64,000 bases of DNA, taken from positions 54,512 through 118,511 of the forward strand of contig CALWBV010000001.1 in NCBI GenBank assembly GCA_944376205.1. Reading direction: 5' to 3'. Source of the DNA: an uncultured Christensenellaceae bacterium (lineage in GTDB: Bacteria > Bacillota > Clostridia > Christensenellales > UBA3700). A program made the position numbers and the translations under genes. Within the stretch, counting starts at the first letter, position 1. Each line of letters begins with the position of its first letter. The notes under the pieces were generated by a model. It was not told the origin of the DNA, searched no databases, and saw only the letters and a program-made list of their open reading frames with translations. Of the stretch, positions 19,445 to 29,781 are shown one piece after another.

Positions 19445-20209
19445 TCATTTATTTATCTCTATATATTTTTCAAAATATCTCTCGCCTAATGTTTTGAGTG
19501 ATTTGCGACAAAAGTGAATTTCATCGGGTACCGGATTTCCTTGCAAACCGTCCGTACAGACGTATCCCCCGTTTTTTATCGAGGTTACGTATTTTTCTGT
19601 CGCTTTGGCAATTACATTTGAATATTCAACTTCTTTTTTCCATTCGGGAACATAGTCTCCTGCTATAAACGGCAAATCGCATACCCCTATTTGTCTGCGG
19701 TAATCTTCGATTAAAGTCGCAAGCTTGTTCACATAGTATTCCTCTGCGGCATTATTTACTATATCTGCCTCGCCCTGATGCCAAAGAATACATTTCAATC
19801 TGGACTTTGGTAATCCTGACATTATTTTATTTGTCATTTTCAAAAGATTTTTATATAAATCTTCGCCTATACCCCACCTGTGATCACTGAATCCCGTACC
19901 GCCTACGGCTGCTCCGATCAACATTATCTTGCGGCCGCTTTCAAGACATTGCTCCTTATATTTTTTAGCAAAGTAAAGAGCGAAAACAGCTCTTTTGTCA
20001 TGATTGTTTATTCTTCTTTCCGTTGCTGTATAAATTTTACCTTTGAAGTACATCATGATATCTTCATCAGGGACATAGCACAATTCCTCGTTACCTACTC
20101 CGAATCCCATAGAATTTGATTGACCTGCATAAACAATCACGTCAAAGGCTTCATCTTTAAGCTTTTTTAATTTTTTATTGAGAAAAAATAATTTTATCAG
20201 TGAACACAT
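19445..20209 (-). CDS. Sialate O-acetylesterase (SASA/SGNH) family protein
   Basis: AGQSNSMG, AVGGT, WHQGEAD, DEIHF motifs. Confidence 0.87.
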   Translation of the reverse strand: MCSLIKLFFLNKKLKKLKDEAFDVIVYAGQSNSMGFGVGNEELCYVPDEDIMMYFKGKIYTATERRINNHDKRAVFALYFAKKYKEQCLESGRKIMLIGAAVGGTGFSDHRWGIGEDLYKNLLKMTNKIMSGLPKSRLKCILWHQGEADIVNNAAEEYYVNKLATLIEDYRRQIGVCDLPFIAGDYVPEWKKEVEYSNVIAKATEKYVTSIKNGGYVCTDGLQGNPVPDEIHFCRKSLKTLGERYFEKYIEINK

Positions 20210-20266
20210 ACTTTTCTATTTATAACACAGGGCACGGTTTCCCGTACCCTGACTATTACTGTTATA

Positions 20267-21472
20267 TTATTTATTGAGATTGTTTGCGATATCGTCCGCA
20301 AGATTTTGCAAATCCTCAAAAGTCGCATTGTCCAATGCGGATTTAATAGTTACCTTCTTTTCGAGAATAACGTTGTTTTTGAGTTTTGACAAAGCTTCAG
20401 TCATAAGATTTACTGTCGCAGGAGTCCAAGTGCCGTTTTCTATGAGAGCTATCGTGCGCTTTTGCAAGTTATGTTCTGCAATCTCATGCAATACGACTTG
20501 CATAGGAGGGAAAATCGACATATTGTATGTTGCGCATGCAAATACAATGTGCGAATATTTGAATGCGTCTGCAATCACTTCCGAGAAATGTGCAGTAGAA
20601 GCATTGACAAGCTTAATATTCTTGACTCCTCTGTCAGCAAGCATATTTGCCAATATATCTGCGGCGTTTTCCGTATGTCCGTGCACAGATCCGTAAACAA
20701 TCAGCACACTCTTTTCCTCGGGAGTATAAGTGCTCCACTTATTATATTTTTCGACTATCCAGCCAATATTTTCTCTCCATACGGGACCGTGCAAGGGACA
20801 AATAAGCTTGATATCGAGTGCGCTTGCCTTCTTAAGAAGCGCTTGTACCTGAACGCCGTATTTACCGACTATATTTGTATAATATCTTCTTGCCTCGTCT
20901 ACCCATCTTATCTCAAAATCGGTTTCGTCGGCAAAGATATTTCCGCTCAAAGCCCCGAATGTACCGAATGCGTCCGCCGAATAAAGCACTTTATCCGTTG
21001 TATCGTAAGTAACCATCGCTTCGGGCCAATGCACCATAGGAGCCATGGCAAAAGTAAATGTGTGTCTGCCCGTACAAAGAGTATCGCCTTCTTTGACAAC
21101 GATTTTTCTTGACTCGACGTCAAAATCAAAGAATTGAGAAATCATAACAAAAGTCTTGAAATTGCCTACGATTTTGACTTCGGGGTACTTGTCCACGATT
21201 GCGCCTATACAAGCACAATGATCGGGCTCCATATGATTTACTACGAGATAGTCGAGTTTTCTGCCTGCAAGCACATGCTCGATATTTTCAAAAAACTGAA
21301 GACTTGCCACACTGTCTACCGTATCCATAAGCACGGTTTTGTCATCGAGAACAAGATAGGAATTGTAACTTACGCCGTTTTTGACGGGATATACGTTTTC
21401 AAACAAAGAAATTTTTCTGTCGTTGACGCCAACCCAATACATATCATCGGTAATTTTCTTTACGCTGTACAT
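20267..21472 (-). CDS. fprA: FprA-type flavodiiron protein
   Basis: NHMEPDH, PMVHWPE, SADAFG, PLHGP; C-terminal flavodoxin domain (YGSVHGHTE). Confidence 0.93.
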   Translation of the reverse strand: MYSVKKITDDMYWVGVNDRKISLFENVYPVKNGVSYNSYLVLDDKTVLMDTVDSVASLQFFENIEHVLAGRKLDYLVVNHMEPDHCACIGAIVDKYPEVKIVGNFKTFVMISQFFDFDVESRKIVVKEGDTLCTGRHTFTFAMAPMVHWPEAMVTYDTTDKVLYSADAFGTFGALSGNIFADETDFEIRWVDEARRYYTNIVGKYGVQVQALLKKASALDIKLICPLHGPVWRENIGWIVEKYNKWSTYTPEEKSVLIVYGSVHGHTENAADILANMLADRGVKNIKLVNASTAHFSEVIADAFKYSHIVFACATYNMSIFPPMQVVLHEIAEHNLQKRTIALIENGTWTPATVNLMTEALSKLKNNVILEKKVTIKSALDNATFEDLQNLADDIANNLNK

Positions 21473-21723
21473 AAATACTCCTTTGGTAAAAGCCTGAATT
21501 TAATTCAATTTATTTTAACACAAGCATAAGTTTTTTTCAATTATATTATATTTAAATTATAAAATAGTTTGTATTTACAATAAGTAAGACCGTTGGTCAA
21601 AACGCAATATAAAATTTTATGGTCGATACAATCGCATATCGCAGCCTAATAATGCTGTATTGCTTGTATTTTTCCGTATATTAAGTACAGCAATAATCAC
21701 ATTATCCGTATGCGATATTAATG

Positions 21724-22284
21724 TCAAAGAATTATACCTTTGTGATACTTTGTGTATTTGTCTATATATTTGTCAAGATATTTTATGACGTCTTCGGGCG
21801 TCGATACGGCATATATTTTATCTTCGGGAATTTCTTCATAACGGATTTTGTTGTCCAGTCTCGTACCTGCGACTTTACTGCTCCAACCGTCTACGTTATC
21901 GTAAGCGAGAATAAGTCGGAGCATTGGCCATGCAAAAGCCATTTCACTCAACGTACCTGCACCGCCGCCTATCGCAACGACAGCGTCGGCATTTGCAACG
22001 ATAGCGTTTCGCATCATGTCCAAACCCGTGGATATTACGATATCCGCATGAGGATTGTGACGCGAGCGGTCAAAAGACGGAATTATTGCGATAGTATCGC
22101 CCTCTTTATAATTTTTTGACGCTCTCGCCCCCTCAAAAGCCGCTTCCATAACGCCTGCAAGTCCGCCCGACTGCAGTCTGTATCCGTTGTCGACAAGCGC
22201 CTTGCCCGTCTCAAAAGCAATTCTGTATTTATCACCGTCTTTATCTATTCTGCTATCACCTACGATAGCTACGATTTTTCTCAT
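21724..22284 (-). CDS. TIGR00725 / LOG-SLOG family nucleotide-binding protein
   Basis: SGGLAGVMEAA, RNAIV, AIGGGAGTLSE; start MRKIVAI with AAGGAG SD. Confidence 0.82.
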   Translation of the reverse strand: MRKIVAIVGDSRIDKDGDKYRIAFETGKALVDNGYRLQSGGLAGVMEAAFEGARASKNYKEGDTIAIIPSFDRSRHNPHADIVISTGLDMMRNAIVANADAVVAIGGGAGTLSEMAFAWPMLRLILAYDNVDGWSSKVAGTRLDNKIRYEEIPEDKIYAVSTPEDVIKYLDKYIDKYTKYHKGIIL

Positions 22285-22562
22285 AAAATTCTCCTTATCA
22301 ATAAGTTTCACAACTATTATATTGTCCAAAAATGCTATATGTGATAATTTTTTTATTATTTTTATTTTACCATATCGAACATTTTTGTCAATACGCAAAA
22401 TTTTATCGAAACATCTATTAAGATATGCTTGTGTATTTTTATTATTAATTAAAATCGCATCCTTATTATAATTTATTTAATATAACGATCTTTCAAATTA
22501 TCAATAATGCTACAGCAGATTACAGCAAAATACCGCCTATGATCTAGGCGGTATTTAGATAT

Positions 22563-22985
22563 TTAATATAATTCTTTTATGACGGCGACACACTTGTCTA
22601 TTCCCAACACCTCGCTGTTCAATGTAATATGATAATTCTTCGAGTCGCCCCATTTACTGTTGGTATAAAACTTATGATACGCAGTTCGACGTTTGTCTTT
22701 CTCCTTAAGACGGTGTTCGGGAGACTCCTCTCTTTCGCCGTAAACCCTGACTATTCTGTCCGCACGGTAGTCCGTATCGGCATGAATAAACACTTTGAGC
22801 AAATCCGCCTTATCTTTTAATATGTAATCGGCGCATCTTCCGACTATTACGCAAGGACCTTTTTGTGCAAGTTCGGTTATGATTTTATACTGTATTTCCC
22901 AAAGATAATCCTCGTTTGTCGGTCCGAACGCTCTGCTTGCCAACGTCGACAAATAACCGCCCGAAGCCGTATAAACAATTTCATA
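22563..22985 (-). pseudogene. N-terminally truncated cytidylate kinase-like protein
   Basis: C-terminal motifs GPCVIVGRCADYIL, KVFIHAD, DKRR and YHITLNS are present; the N-terminal P-loop region is absent and the upstream gene ends immediately before it. Confidence 0.75.
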
Positions 22986-22993
22986 TTTTTTTA

Positions 22994-23731
22994 TTATTCT
23001 ATCGTTAATTCGGGATAGACCAAATAATTGACGGAATAAACATTGGATGCGTCTTCCCCTACTTCAACGGGCTTCAGAAGTATATATCCGTTGTTAGAAG
23101 GGTTTGCCTCTAAAAACAAATTGTCAACATTATCCCAAGGTATAATGAAAATCAAAGACTCTTTACCGTCAAAATTATTTACCGTATCTATACTGCCTGC
23201 AACAAAATTGCAGGTGTTTCCGCCTAGCAGAACCGAATACGAAAATCTTGCGCTGGTACCTTCGCCCAAAGCCATACTTTCATTTATTTTGTCTATGGTA
23301 ATAGCCTCTCCGAACCCCCTGTCTTCGGGATACGTAATCGTTATTGTAAGGTTATCTTTGGTGCCGACTTTGATTTGCAACCCTTTCATATAATTGTGAA
23401 ATTCAGGAATAACTTCGGCTTCGAGATAGCTTATCAATCCGTCAACGTCTTTTGGAATTTCCGTAATACCGTTTGCTTCCCAATCAATGTCGTCCCAATA
23501 CTTTTTCAACAATTCACGGGTACTGTAATTATCCACTTTTTCTTCCGGGCTATACGATACCATAGGGTCAACCCAAATTTTAGCGTCCCAATCTACCGCA
23601 AGTCCTGCCCCCGTAGCTGTATATGTTTTTCCATAATAAGTGGGCTGTGGCTTCTGGCAAGCCGCAAAAGAAAACACAGTCATCAAAACACACAGCAGTA
23701 CACATACCGCAACAATCGTCCTCTTCTTCAT
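22994..23731 (-). CDS. Hypothetical lipoprotein
   Basis: Signal peptide with lipobox FAAC; AAGGAG SD. Confidence 0.75.
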   Translation of the reverse strand: MKKRTIVAVCVLLCVLMTVFSFAACQKPQPTYYGKTYTATGAGLAVDWDAKIWVDPMVSYSPEEKVDNYSTRELLKKYWDDIDWEANGITEIPKDVDGLISYLEAEVIPEFHNYMKGLQIKVGTKDNLTITITYPEDRGFGEAITIDKINESMALGEGTSARFSYSVLLGGNTCNFVAGSIDTVNNFDGKESLIFIIPWDNVDNLFLEANPSNNGYILLKPVEVGEDASNVYSVNYLVYPELTIE

Positions 23732-23880
23732 AGTTTTCTCTCCTTAAATCCATAGTACAGAAAAACTTTCTCTGCGATTATATTTTACCAAATTTTACGC
23801 ATATGTGTCAATAGCGTATTTTGGCTGACTGCAATTAATACAAAAGCTGTATTTTAGTTCTATTAAAAATCTTACTACAA

Positions 23881-24116
23881 AGTTTTTTGAATAAAAAACG
23901 GAGCAAAGTTTCCTTTGCCGTGAGATACATATCCGATTGACTTTTGCGAACGTAGTGAGCACCCTCGCAAAAAGTTGGTAGCGACAGTGAGACGTCGCGA
24001 GGGCGTTTACAACCGAGCAGTCGAACCGAGCGTGACTTTTTGTGATAGCGAAGGAGCAAGGATTCGGGCGGAGTTTTTTTTGACAAAAAAAACGGAGCAA
24101 AGTTTCCTTTGCTCCT
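23881..24116 (-). repeat. tRNA-downstream element flanked by duplicated terminator sequence
   Basis: AAAAAACGGAGCAAAGTTTCCTTTGC at 23893-23918 and 24087-24112; the GC-rich interior has inverted repeats. Confidence 0.75.
24085..24115 (-). terminator. tRNA-Thr intrinsic terminator
   Basis: Minus strand GGAGCAAAG-gaaa-CTTTGCTCC-G-T8. Confidence 0.85.
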
Positions 24117-24120
24117 GAGC

Positions 24121-24196
24121 TGGAGCTACTAGCCAGATTCGAACTGGCGACCTGTTCATTACGAGTGAACTGCTCTACCTGCTGAGCCATAGTAGC
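24121..24196 (-). tRNA. tRNA-Thr(CGT)
   Basis: GCTACTATGGCTCAGCAGGTAGAGCAGTTCACT-CGT-AATGAACAGGTCGCCAGTTCGAATCTGGCTAGTAGCTCCA; 76 nt, cloverleaf, encoded CCA. Confidence 0.97.
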
Positions 24197-24347
24197 ATAT
24201 TTATCGGTGCTTAATTATAATAGCAACTTTTTTGAGATTAAACAACTGTTTTTAGATATTTTTTTATATAATTTTGCGGACGTACCGCAAAATTATATAA
24301 ATATACCATAGTCGTTTTTATATCCGCAATGCGGACAGTAACAGGTT

Positions 24348-25739
24348 TTAGAAATCTGCGTTGCCCGTAGTACGAGGGAAAGGTATTACGTCTCTTATGT
24401 TCTGCATACCTGTCAAGTACATAATAAGTCTCTCGAATCCGAGTCCGTAACCTGCGTGCTTAACGCCGCCGAATCTTCTCAAGTCGAGATACCACCAGTA
24501 ATCTTCCTCTTTGAGTCCGAGTTCTTTAAGACGTGCAAGCAAGAGATCGAGACGCTCTTCTCTTTGGCTGCCTCCGATAATCTCGCCAACTCCGGGAACA
24601 AGCAAATCGACTGCCGCAACAGTTTTGCCGTCGTCGTTGAGACGCATATAGAAAGCCTTGATTTCCTTGGGGTAATTGGTGACGAATACAGGCTTATTGA
24701 ATACCTTTTCGGTAAGGTATCTTTCATGCTCTGTCTGCAAATCCGCACCCCAATAAACAGGATATTGGAATTCGTCCTTATGCTTTTCGAGAATTTCGAT
24801 AGCCTCTGTATAAGTCACGGTAGCAAAATCGCTGTTTACGATATTGTTGAGTCTCTCGATAAGACCTTTGTCCATAAAGTTGTTGAAGAATTGCATCTCT
24901 TGAGGACATTTTTCAAGCACGTCTTTAATGACGTATTTGACCATATCTCTAGCAAGGTTCATATCATCCTGAATGTCGGCAAAAGCAATTTCGGGTTCGA
25001 TCATCCAAAACTCTGCTGCATGGCGGTTTGTATAACTCTTCTCTGCTCTGAAAGTAGGTCCGAAAGTATAGACATTTCTGAAAGCAAGTGCAAAACATTC
25101 TGCGTTAAGCTGACCGCTTACGGTGAGGTTTGCAGACTTGCCGAAAAAGTCGGAAGAATAGTCAACTTTACCGTCCTTTGTCTTGGGTACGTTTTCAAGG
25201 TCAAGAGTCGTAACTCTGAACATTTCGCCTGCGCCCTCGCAATCGCTTGCGGTGATTAAAGGGGTATTGACATACACAAAGTTTCTCGAAGCGAAGAAAG
25301 CGTGAATAGCCTGCGCCGCAACCGAACGTACTCTGAAGACTGCCTGGAACGTATTTGCTCTGGGTCTTAAGTGAGCTATTTCTCTCAAATACTCCATAGT
25401 ATGTCTTTTTTTCTGAAGGGGGTATGTGGGAGTTGAAGTAGCCTCAACCTCGATTTTATTAGCTTTGATTTCATAGGGCTGTTGATTTTGGGGAGTCAGT
25501 ACGACAGTACCCTCAACAGAAATACCTGCGCCGACATTTTGCGATACTGCAAGTTTGTAATTTTCCATATTTGCGTCTGCAATAATCTGTGTAGACTTGA
25601 AGTAAGTACCGTCGTTAAGCTCGATGAAAGCAAAATTCTTGCTGTCTCTTATCGTTCTTACCCAACCGCAAACTTTTATCTCTTTGTCGCCGTATTTTTC
25701 GTAGCTCTGCGCCAACTGTTTTAATGTTAAAGTTTCCAT
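24348..25739 (-). CDS. asnS: Asparagine--tRNA ligase
   Basis: GWVRTIR OB fold, [31 protein letters not shown]. Confidence 0.96.
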   Translation of the reverse strand: METLTLKQLAQSYEKYGDKEIKVCGWVRTIRDSKNFAFIELNDGTYFKSTQIIADANMENYKLAVSQNVGAGISVEGTVVLTPQNQQPYEIKANKIEVEATSTPTYPLQKKRHTMEYLREIAHLRPRANTFQAVFRVRSVAAQAIHAFFASRNFVYVNTPLITASDCEGAGEMFRVTTLDLENVPKTKDGKVDYSSDFFGKSANLTVSGQLNAECFALAFRNVYTFGPTFRAEKSYTNRHAAEFWMIEPEIAFADIQDDMNLARDMVKYVIKDVLEKCPQEMQFFNNFMDKGLIERLNNIVNSDFATVTYTEAIEILEKHKDEFQYPVYWGADLQTEHERYLTEKVFNKPVFVTNYPKEIKAFYMRLNDDGKTVAAVDLLVPGVGEIIGGSQREERLDLLLARLKELGLKEEDYWWYLDLRRFGGVKHAGYGLGFERLIMYLTGMQNIRDVIPFPRTTGNADF

Positions 25740-26025
25740 CAAATTGCCTCTTTTTGCTATATTCTATTAGAGTATATCACAATGAAGTGTAAATTACAAA
25801 TATTTTTGCTTACATCTTTACACAAATTAAGCCATTGAGCGGCGTCAATTTATGCAATATTTTGCATTGATTTTAGCCATAAATCTGATAATCATACAAA
25901 AACCAAAAACTTTTCGTAAATTTTAACAAAATTTACCGTTTTGGAATAATCGACACATAGTTCATATTTTTTAAGATTTTTACAAGTCAAAACAGCCTTT
26001 ATGTATTTTTTTTGACAAAAAGGTA

Positions 26026-26054
26026 TTGCAATTGAGTATCTTATGGAGTATAAT
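26026..26054 (+). promoter_or_regulatory. SigA promoter of the putative 6S RNA
   Basis: TTGCAA-N17-TATAAT, ending 6 nt before the RNA. Confidence 0.75.
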
Positions 26055-26060
26055 ATAGAT

Positions 26061-26217
26061 ACACATACGAGGAGCACATTGTACCGCACCTATTTATAGG
26101 GAATCCGGAGTTGGGAGTCGGCTGGCGTGCCTTGCCATATGGCTGAGGATTACAAAAAACTTTCACAGGATACCCACCCTGCTACAAAGCGGGTTCAGAA
26201 TTGCACTCGTATGCGTG
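26061..26217 (+). ncRNA. ssrS: Probable 6S RNA
   Basis: Closing stem CACATACGAG/CTCGTATGCGTG; TTGGGAG on the 5' side; Firmicutes-6S-like CCCACCCTGC..GCGGGTTCA; own promoter and terminator; no ORF. Confidence 0.75.
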
Positions 26218-26219
26218 AA

Positions 26220-26248
26220 AAGCCTTGCCGTTGAGCAAGGCTCTTTTT
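26220..26248 (+). terminator. Intrinsic terminator after the 6S RNA
   Basis: AGCCTTGC-cgttga-GCAAGGCT-CTTTTT. Confidence 0.85.
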
Positions 26249-26386
26249 ATATCCCCTATTAATTATATTTATATAAATATAATTTTATCTCATTATTAGT
26301 AAAGCATAAATGCTCATTGATTAATACGTCCATAAACAAAAAAGCGCCCTGTCGGACGCTTTTATTATTCTGTAAATATCTGAATA

Positions 26387-27187
26387 TTATTGAAGACTTT
26401 CGGCAATCTTTTTGAGTTTTTCTATCTGATCCTTATCGGTAAAGAAATCGGTAATGTCTATCTCCTGATCGTAGTTGCCGTAATAGAATTTGTTGTCTTT
26501 CATAAGGATATATCCGTAGACCATACCGTACTCACCGTCTTCTTCGTAATTAAACTGTTTTTCGCCAAGTACGATTGCGAAAGTAACGTCGGCATCTTCC
26601 AAATCCTTACGGGTTGACACGCAAGTAGGATATAGCGCATTGTATGCCTTAAGATGCTGATAATTGAAGCTGAATTTTATGTTGGTAGCAAAAACATTGT
26701 AAATACTGCTGTTGATTACGGCTTCCGCTTTGTTTATAGCAATGATATCTATGTTTCTGTCTCCGTCATCGTCAATATATTTATCAAAATCGACTACCGA
26801 CAAATTTGAAGCTTTTTGATAATAAGCGGATATCTTACCTTTGAGGTGTATAAAGTTTTGAGCTTCATCGTTGATATCTCTGTAAAGATAAGTACCGAAT
26901 ATGATTTTATTAAGCCAACCGCTGTATTCGTTGACATAGCCTACAGGTTCTCCTCCGGTAGCTTTATCGTCAAAAGGCTTAAAGAAAACGGGATAATACA
27001 GTTCGTCATTATAAGCAACCGCACTGTACTTGCTCTCGCCGCATACGGTATAGGCAACCGTCTCGTATTTTCCTGAAAAAGCCTCCGATCCGCCTATAAC
27101 TCTGACCGTAATAAGTCCGGCTACCATTAGCAAAATTACGGGGACGATTACGCAAACGCTGATGACGATTTTCATTTTAACAGACAT
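26387..27187 (-). CDS. Hypothetical membrane-anchored protein
   Basis: N-terminal TM; GGGAGG SD before the ATG at 27187. Confidence 0.7.
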   Translation of the reverse strand: MSVKMKIVISVCVIVPVILLMVAGLITVRVIGGSEAFSGKYETVAYTVCGESKYSAVAYNDELYYPVFFKPFDDKATGGEPVGYVNEYSGWLNKIIFGTYLYRDINDEAQNFIHLKGKISAYYQKASNLSVVDFDKYIDDDGDRNIDIIAINKAEAVINSSIYNVFATNIKFSFNYQHLKAYNALYPTCVSTRKDLEDADVTFAIVLGEKQFNYEEDGEYGMVYGYILMKDNKFYYGNYDQEIDITDFFTDKDQIEKLKKIAESLQ

Positions 27188-27202
27188 ACGCACCTCCCGA
27201 AA

Positions 27203-28201
27203 TCAATTATTTTTTATAGGATTATCCATAACGGCGTCTTTATATCTCTTTGTAGGATCGACAACGTTCTGGGCGTCTTTATAATATTTCTTACCGCAAA
27301 AATGATAATAGTTTACAAGATCGTAAGCCTGTGCGTAAACCGTGCAAAGCGATACTACTATCATAAATCCTATGCCTAGCGTGAGTATTCCCACAACGGT
27401 TGAAAGAATGAGCGCAATGAGATAAACCATAAAGTACATACCGAGTGCGTCTTTGAAATATTTTTGCGCTATTTTGAAGTTTGCGACCAGACTTTCTTTA
27501 AGAGTCATATCCGATACGACGTATGCAGGCATCCAACCGGCAAACAGCGCTCTCTTTATTGACAAAGTAAGAATAAGCGTAAAATATGCTACCATTATAC
27601 CGGCAAGGTTATTCCAAGCCGAAAAGAGGAATCCGATACCTAAACTCAATCCGAATATAAATGCAAGAAACAGCAAAGACAATCCAACATAGGCAAAAGC
27701 AAATTTAATGGATTTAGGGAGATTTGCCACAAGATTTGACGTAAAGCCGTACTCACTGTCCGAGGACATAAACGCTTTCATGATATCGGTAACGGTATAA
27801 AGACATATATAGTAAAATACCGCAAACAAGATGACGAGCAATATTATCGCAACTATACCGCCCCAGATAGCGCCGAGGTTATTTTTGAAAATCTCCACTG
27901 CCGCTTTTAATCCGTTGACGAGATTCTGATATTCCTGCGTCATACCGCCTTCGGTATCGGTAATGGTACCGCCTATATCGTCGCTATTCTGAACACCTTT
28001 GAATATTGACGAAAGATATTCTCTTATGGTATCGTCCAAATGCAACGTTTTGATTTCGTCGAAAAACGAACTCAATGTAGGCGCAAGTATGGCGTATCCG
28101 ATAATGCAGAAAACGATAAGTGCGATAATGAGTGCTATCGCAATCTTATACACCAGCGAATATTTTGAAATCAATATACTGAAGGAATTTTTTGCTATCA
28201 T
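27203..28201 (-). CDS. Hypothetical multi-pass membrane protein
   Basis: 332-aa ORF with about 6 hydrophobic segments; GGAG SD; operonic. Confidence 0.75.
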   Translation of the reverse strand: MIAKNSFSILISKYSLVYKIAIALIIALIVFCIIGYAILAPTLSSFFDEIKTLHLDDTIREYLSSIFKGVQNSDDIGGTITDTEGGMTQEYQNLVNGLKAAVEIFKNNLGAIWGGIVAIILLVILFAVFYYICLYTVTDIMKAFMSSDSEYGFTSNLVANLPKSIKFAFAYVGLSLLFLAFIFGLSLGIGFLFSAWNNLAGIMVAYFTLILTLSIKRALFAGWMPAYVVSDMTLKESLVANFKIAQKYFKDALGMYFMVYLIALILSTVVGILTLGIGFMIVVSLCTVYAQAYDLVNYYHFCGKKYYKDAQNVVDPTKRYKDAVMDNPIKNN

Positions 28202-28205
28202 CTTT

Positions 28206-29027
28206 TCACTCTCCCTTTTGATCCTCTCTTTCTATTTCCTCAACGTCGAAATAGACAACATACATGAGGATAACAATATAATTTATCAATACCCAATAAA
28301 ACAATACCGAAAATACTCCGAGAAGAATGTTCATATGTTTAAACGGGAAAATTATAAGCAAAACCATCGGTGCGGCAAGAATAATAAAAATCCAGATCAT
28401 TGCAAAAAAGACCTTAAAACTTCTTGCGCTCAATTCGTATATCGACATACCGATTGACTTGGATATTCCGTAGCCTTTCATCGTCATATTGGGGATAGCA
28501 AGGCTCGTCATAGCCAAAAACCACAATGCGCACAGCGTAAACAATACCGTGGAAACAATGCAGGCCGGCAATGCGTTTTTGAAGAGTTTCACGGACGTAT
28601 AAAGGAAAGTCGACAGGAGTATAGATATTATTTCAAGTGCTACAAACAACAAAATCACATACTTGAATACAGCGGTAAAGTTGTCATTGATATGTCCGAG
28701 AAAGTTTCTTGTCTTTCCCGTCATATACGAACCGTAACGCATCTTCTGTCGTGTCGAACCGACCAATATACTCACAAACAATACCGACAAAACCATTATA
28801 AAAAGTATAAATATAAAGTGTAAAGGTTTGTCGACATAGTTGATTTTCCTAAATATTTCTATAAAAGACGTATATGTCTGTTCTTTTCTGCCTATGCTGA
28901 CGATGACGTACATCATAGAGAAAGGTTGAGCGAAAATACCCAGCAAAAGCGCAGGTATAAGCGTAAAGCCCATACATCTGAAGAAATTTCTTTTGTAAAA
29001 CTTCAATGTAGCCAACGAATAAGTCAT
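28206..29027 (-). CDS. Hypothetical multi-pass membrane protein
   Basis: 273-aa ORF with about 6 TM; AAGGAG SD. Confidence 0.75.
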   Translation of the reverse strand: MTYSLATLKFYKRNFFRCMGFTLIPALLLGIFAQPFSMMYVIVSIGRKEQTYTSFIEIFRKINYVDKPLHFIFILFIMVLSVLFVSILVGSTRQKMRYGSYMTGKTRNFLGHINDNFTAVFKYVILLFVALEIISILLSTFLYTSVKLFKNALPACIVSTVLFTLCALWFLAMTSLAIPNMTMKGYGISKSIGMSIYELSARSFKVFFAMIWIFIILAAPMVLLIIFPFKHMNILLGVFSVLFYWVLINYIVILMYVVYFDVEEIEREDQKGE

Positions 29028-29064
29028 AGCTCTCCTTGTACGTTAAACAATTTTGCCAACTGAT

Positions 29065-29733
29065 TTATTGGTTATTCGACGTAGCGCGAGAATAATTTTT
29101 TCTTACGAAATCGGTAACATCCTCGGGTTTTGCCGCTCTGAAAACGACGTTTGAATTATGGATATCATCGTAATCGCCGAATCCCCACAGACAGAGGATA
29201 CAATCCATTCCGAGTTTTTCGGCGCCCTCGACGTCATAGATAGTATCGCCTACCATTACGCAATCTTCCGCTTTGATGCCGAGACTGTCGATAGCATATT
29301 GCAAAATCGACTCTTTGCTCTCTCTTTTATTATATACCAACCCCGACAGACAATCAATATATTCTCTTACGTTAAAATATTTGAGCAAATCGTCCGCATC
29401 CTCGTGTTTTTTACAGGTAGCGACTCCCGTAAATATCCCGGGCATTTCGTGGCACTCTTTAAGCATATCGTAAACGCCGTCATAAAGGCTTGATTTGTAG
29501 ATAGCTTTTTCTCCGACGTAAAGCTGTCTGAAATAAGCAACTGCCTCGTAAGCCTTGTCTCTGTCTTTGAGAAGTTTTGTAAAACTGTCTGACAGAGGCG
29601 GTCCGATATATCTCGTATATTGGCTTTTAGGTACGTCCAATCCGAACTTTTTGAAAGTGCGTTCGAGAATATCCGCTACACCTTCGTAAGTATCGCTTAT
29701 AGTACCGTCAAAATCAAAGAATACATATTTCAT
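29065..29733 (-). CDS. HAD-IA hydrolase (phosphoglycolate phosphatase/5'-nucleotidase-like)
   Basis: FDFDGTISD, IGPPL, VATCK, MVGDTIYD. Confidence 0.88.
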   Translation of the reverse strand: MKYVFFDFDGTISDTYEGVADILERTFKKFGLDVPKSQYTRYIGPPLSDSFTKLLKDRDKAYEAVAYFRQLYVGEKAIYKSSLYDGVYDMLKECHEMPGIFTGVATCKKHEDADDLLKYFNVREYIDCLSGLVYNKRESKESILQYAIDSLGIKAEDCVMVGDTIYDVEGAEKLGMDCILCLWGFGDYDDIHNSNVVFRAAKPEDVTDFVRKNYSRATSNNQ

Positions 29734-29781
29734 AATATTGTATTATTAACAGTTTTTGCCTACTGTATTATATGATTTACA

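Noticed and set aside
5374-23745. Shared GAGAAAACTATGA start context in three lipoprotein genes (5374, 6839, 23731)
   Set aside because: Explained by ordinary SD-spacer preference plus paralogy of two of the genes; too short to support a cassette mechanism
17600-24120. Intact integrative element or prophage at tRNA-Thr
   Set aside because: No integrase or phage genes, and no second copy of the tRNA 3' end seen by eye
23795-24190. 131-aa ORF beginning MAQQVEQFTRNEQV
   Set aside because: It is a translation of tRNA-Thr and the downstream repeat element
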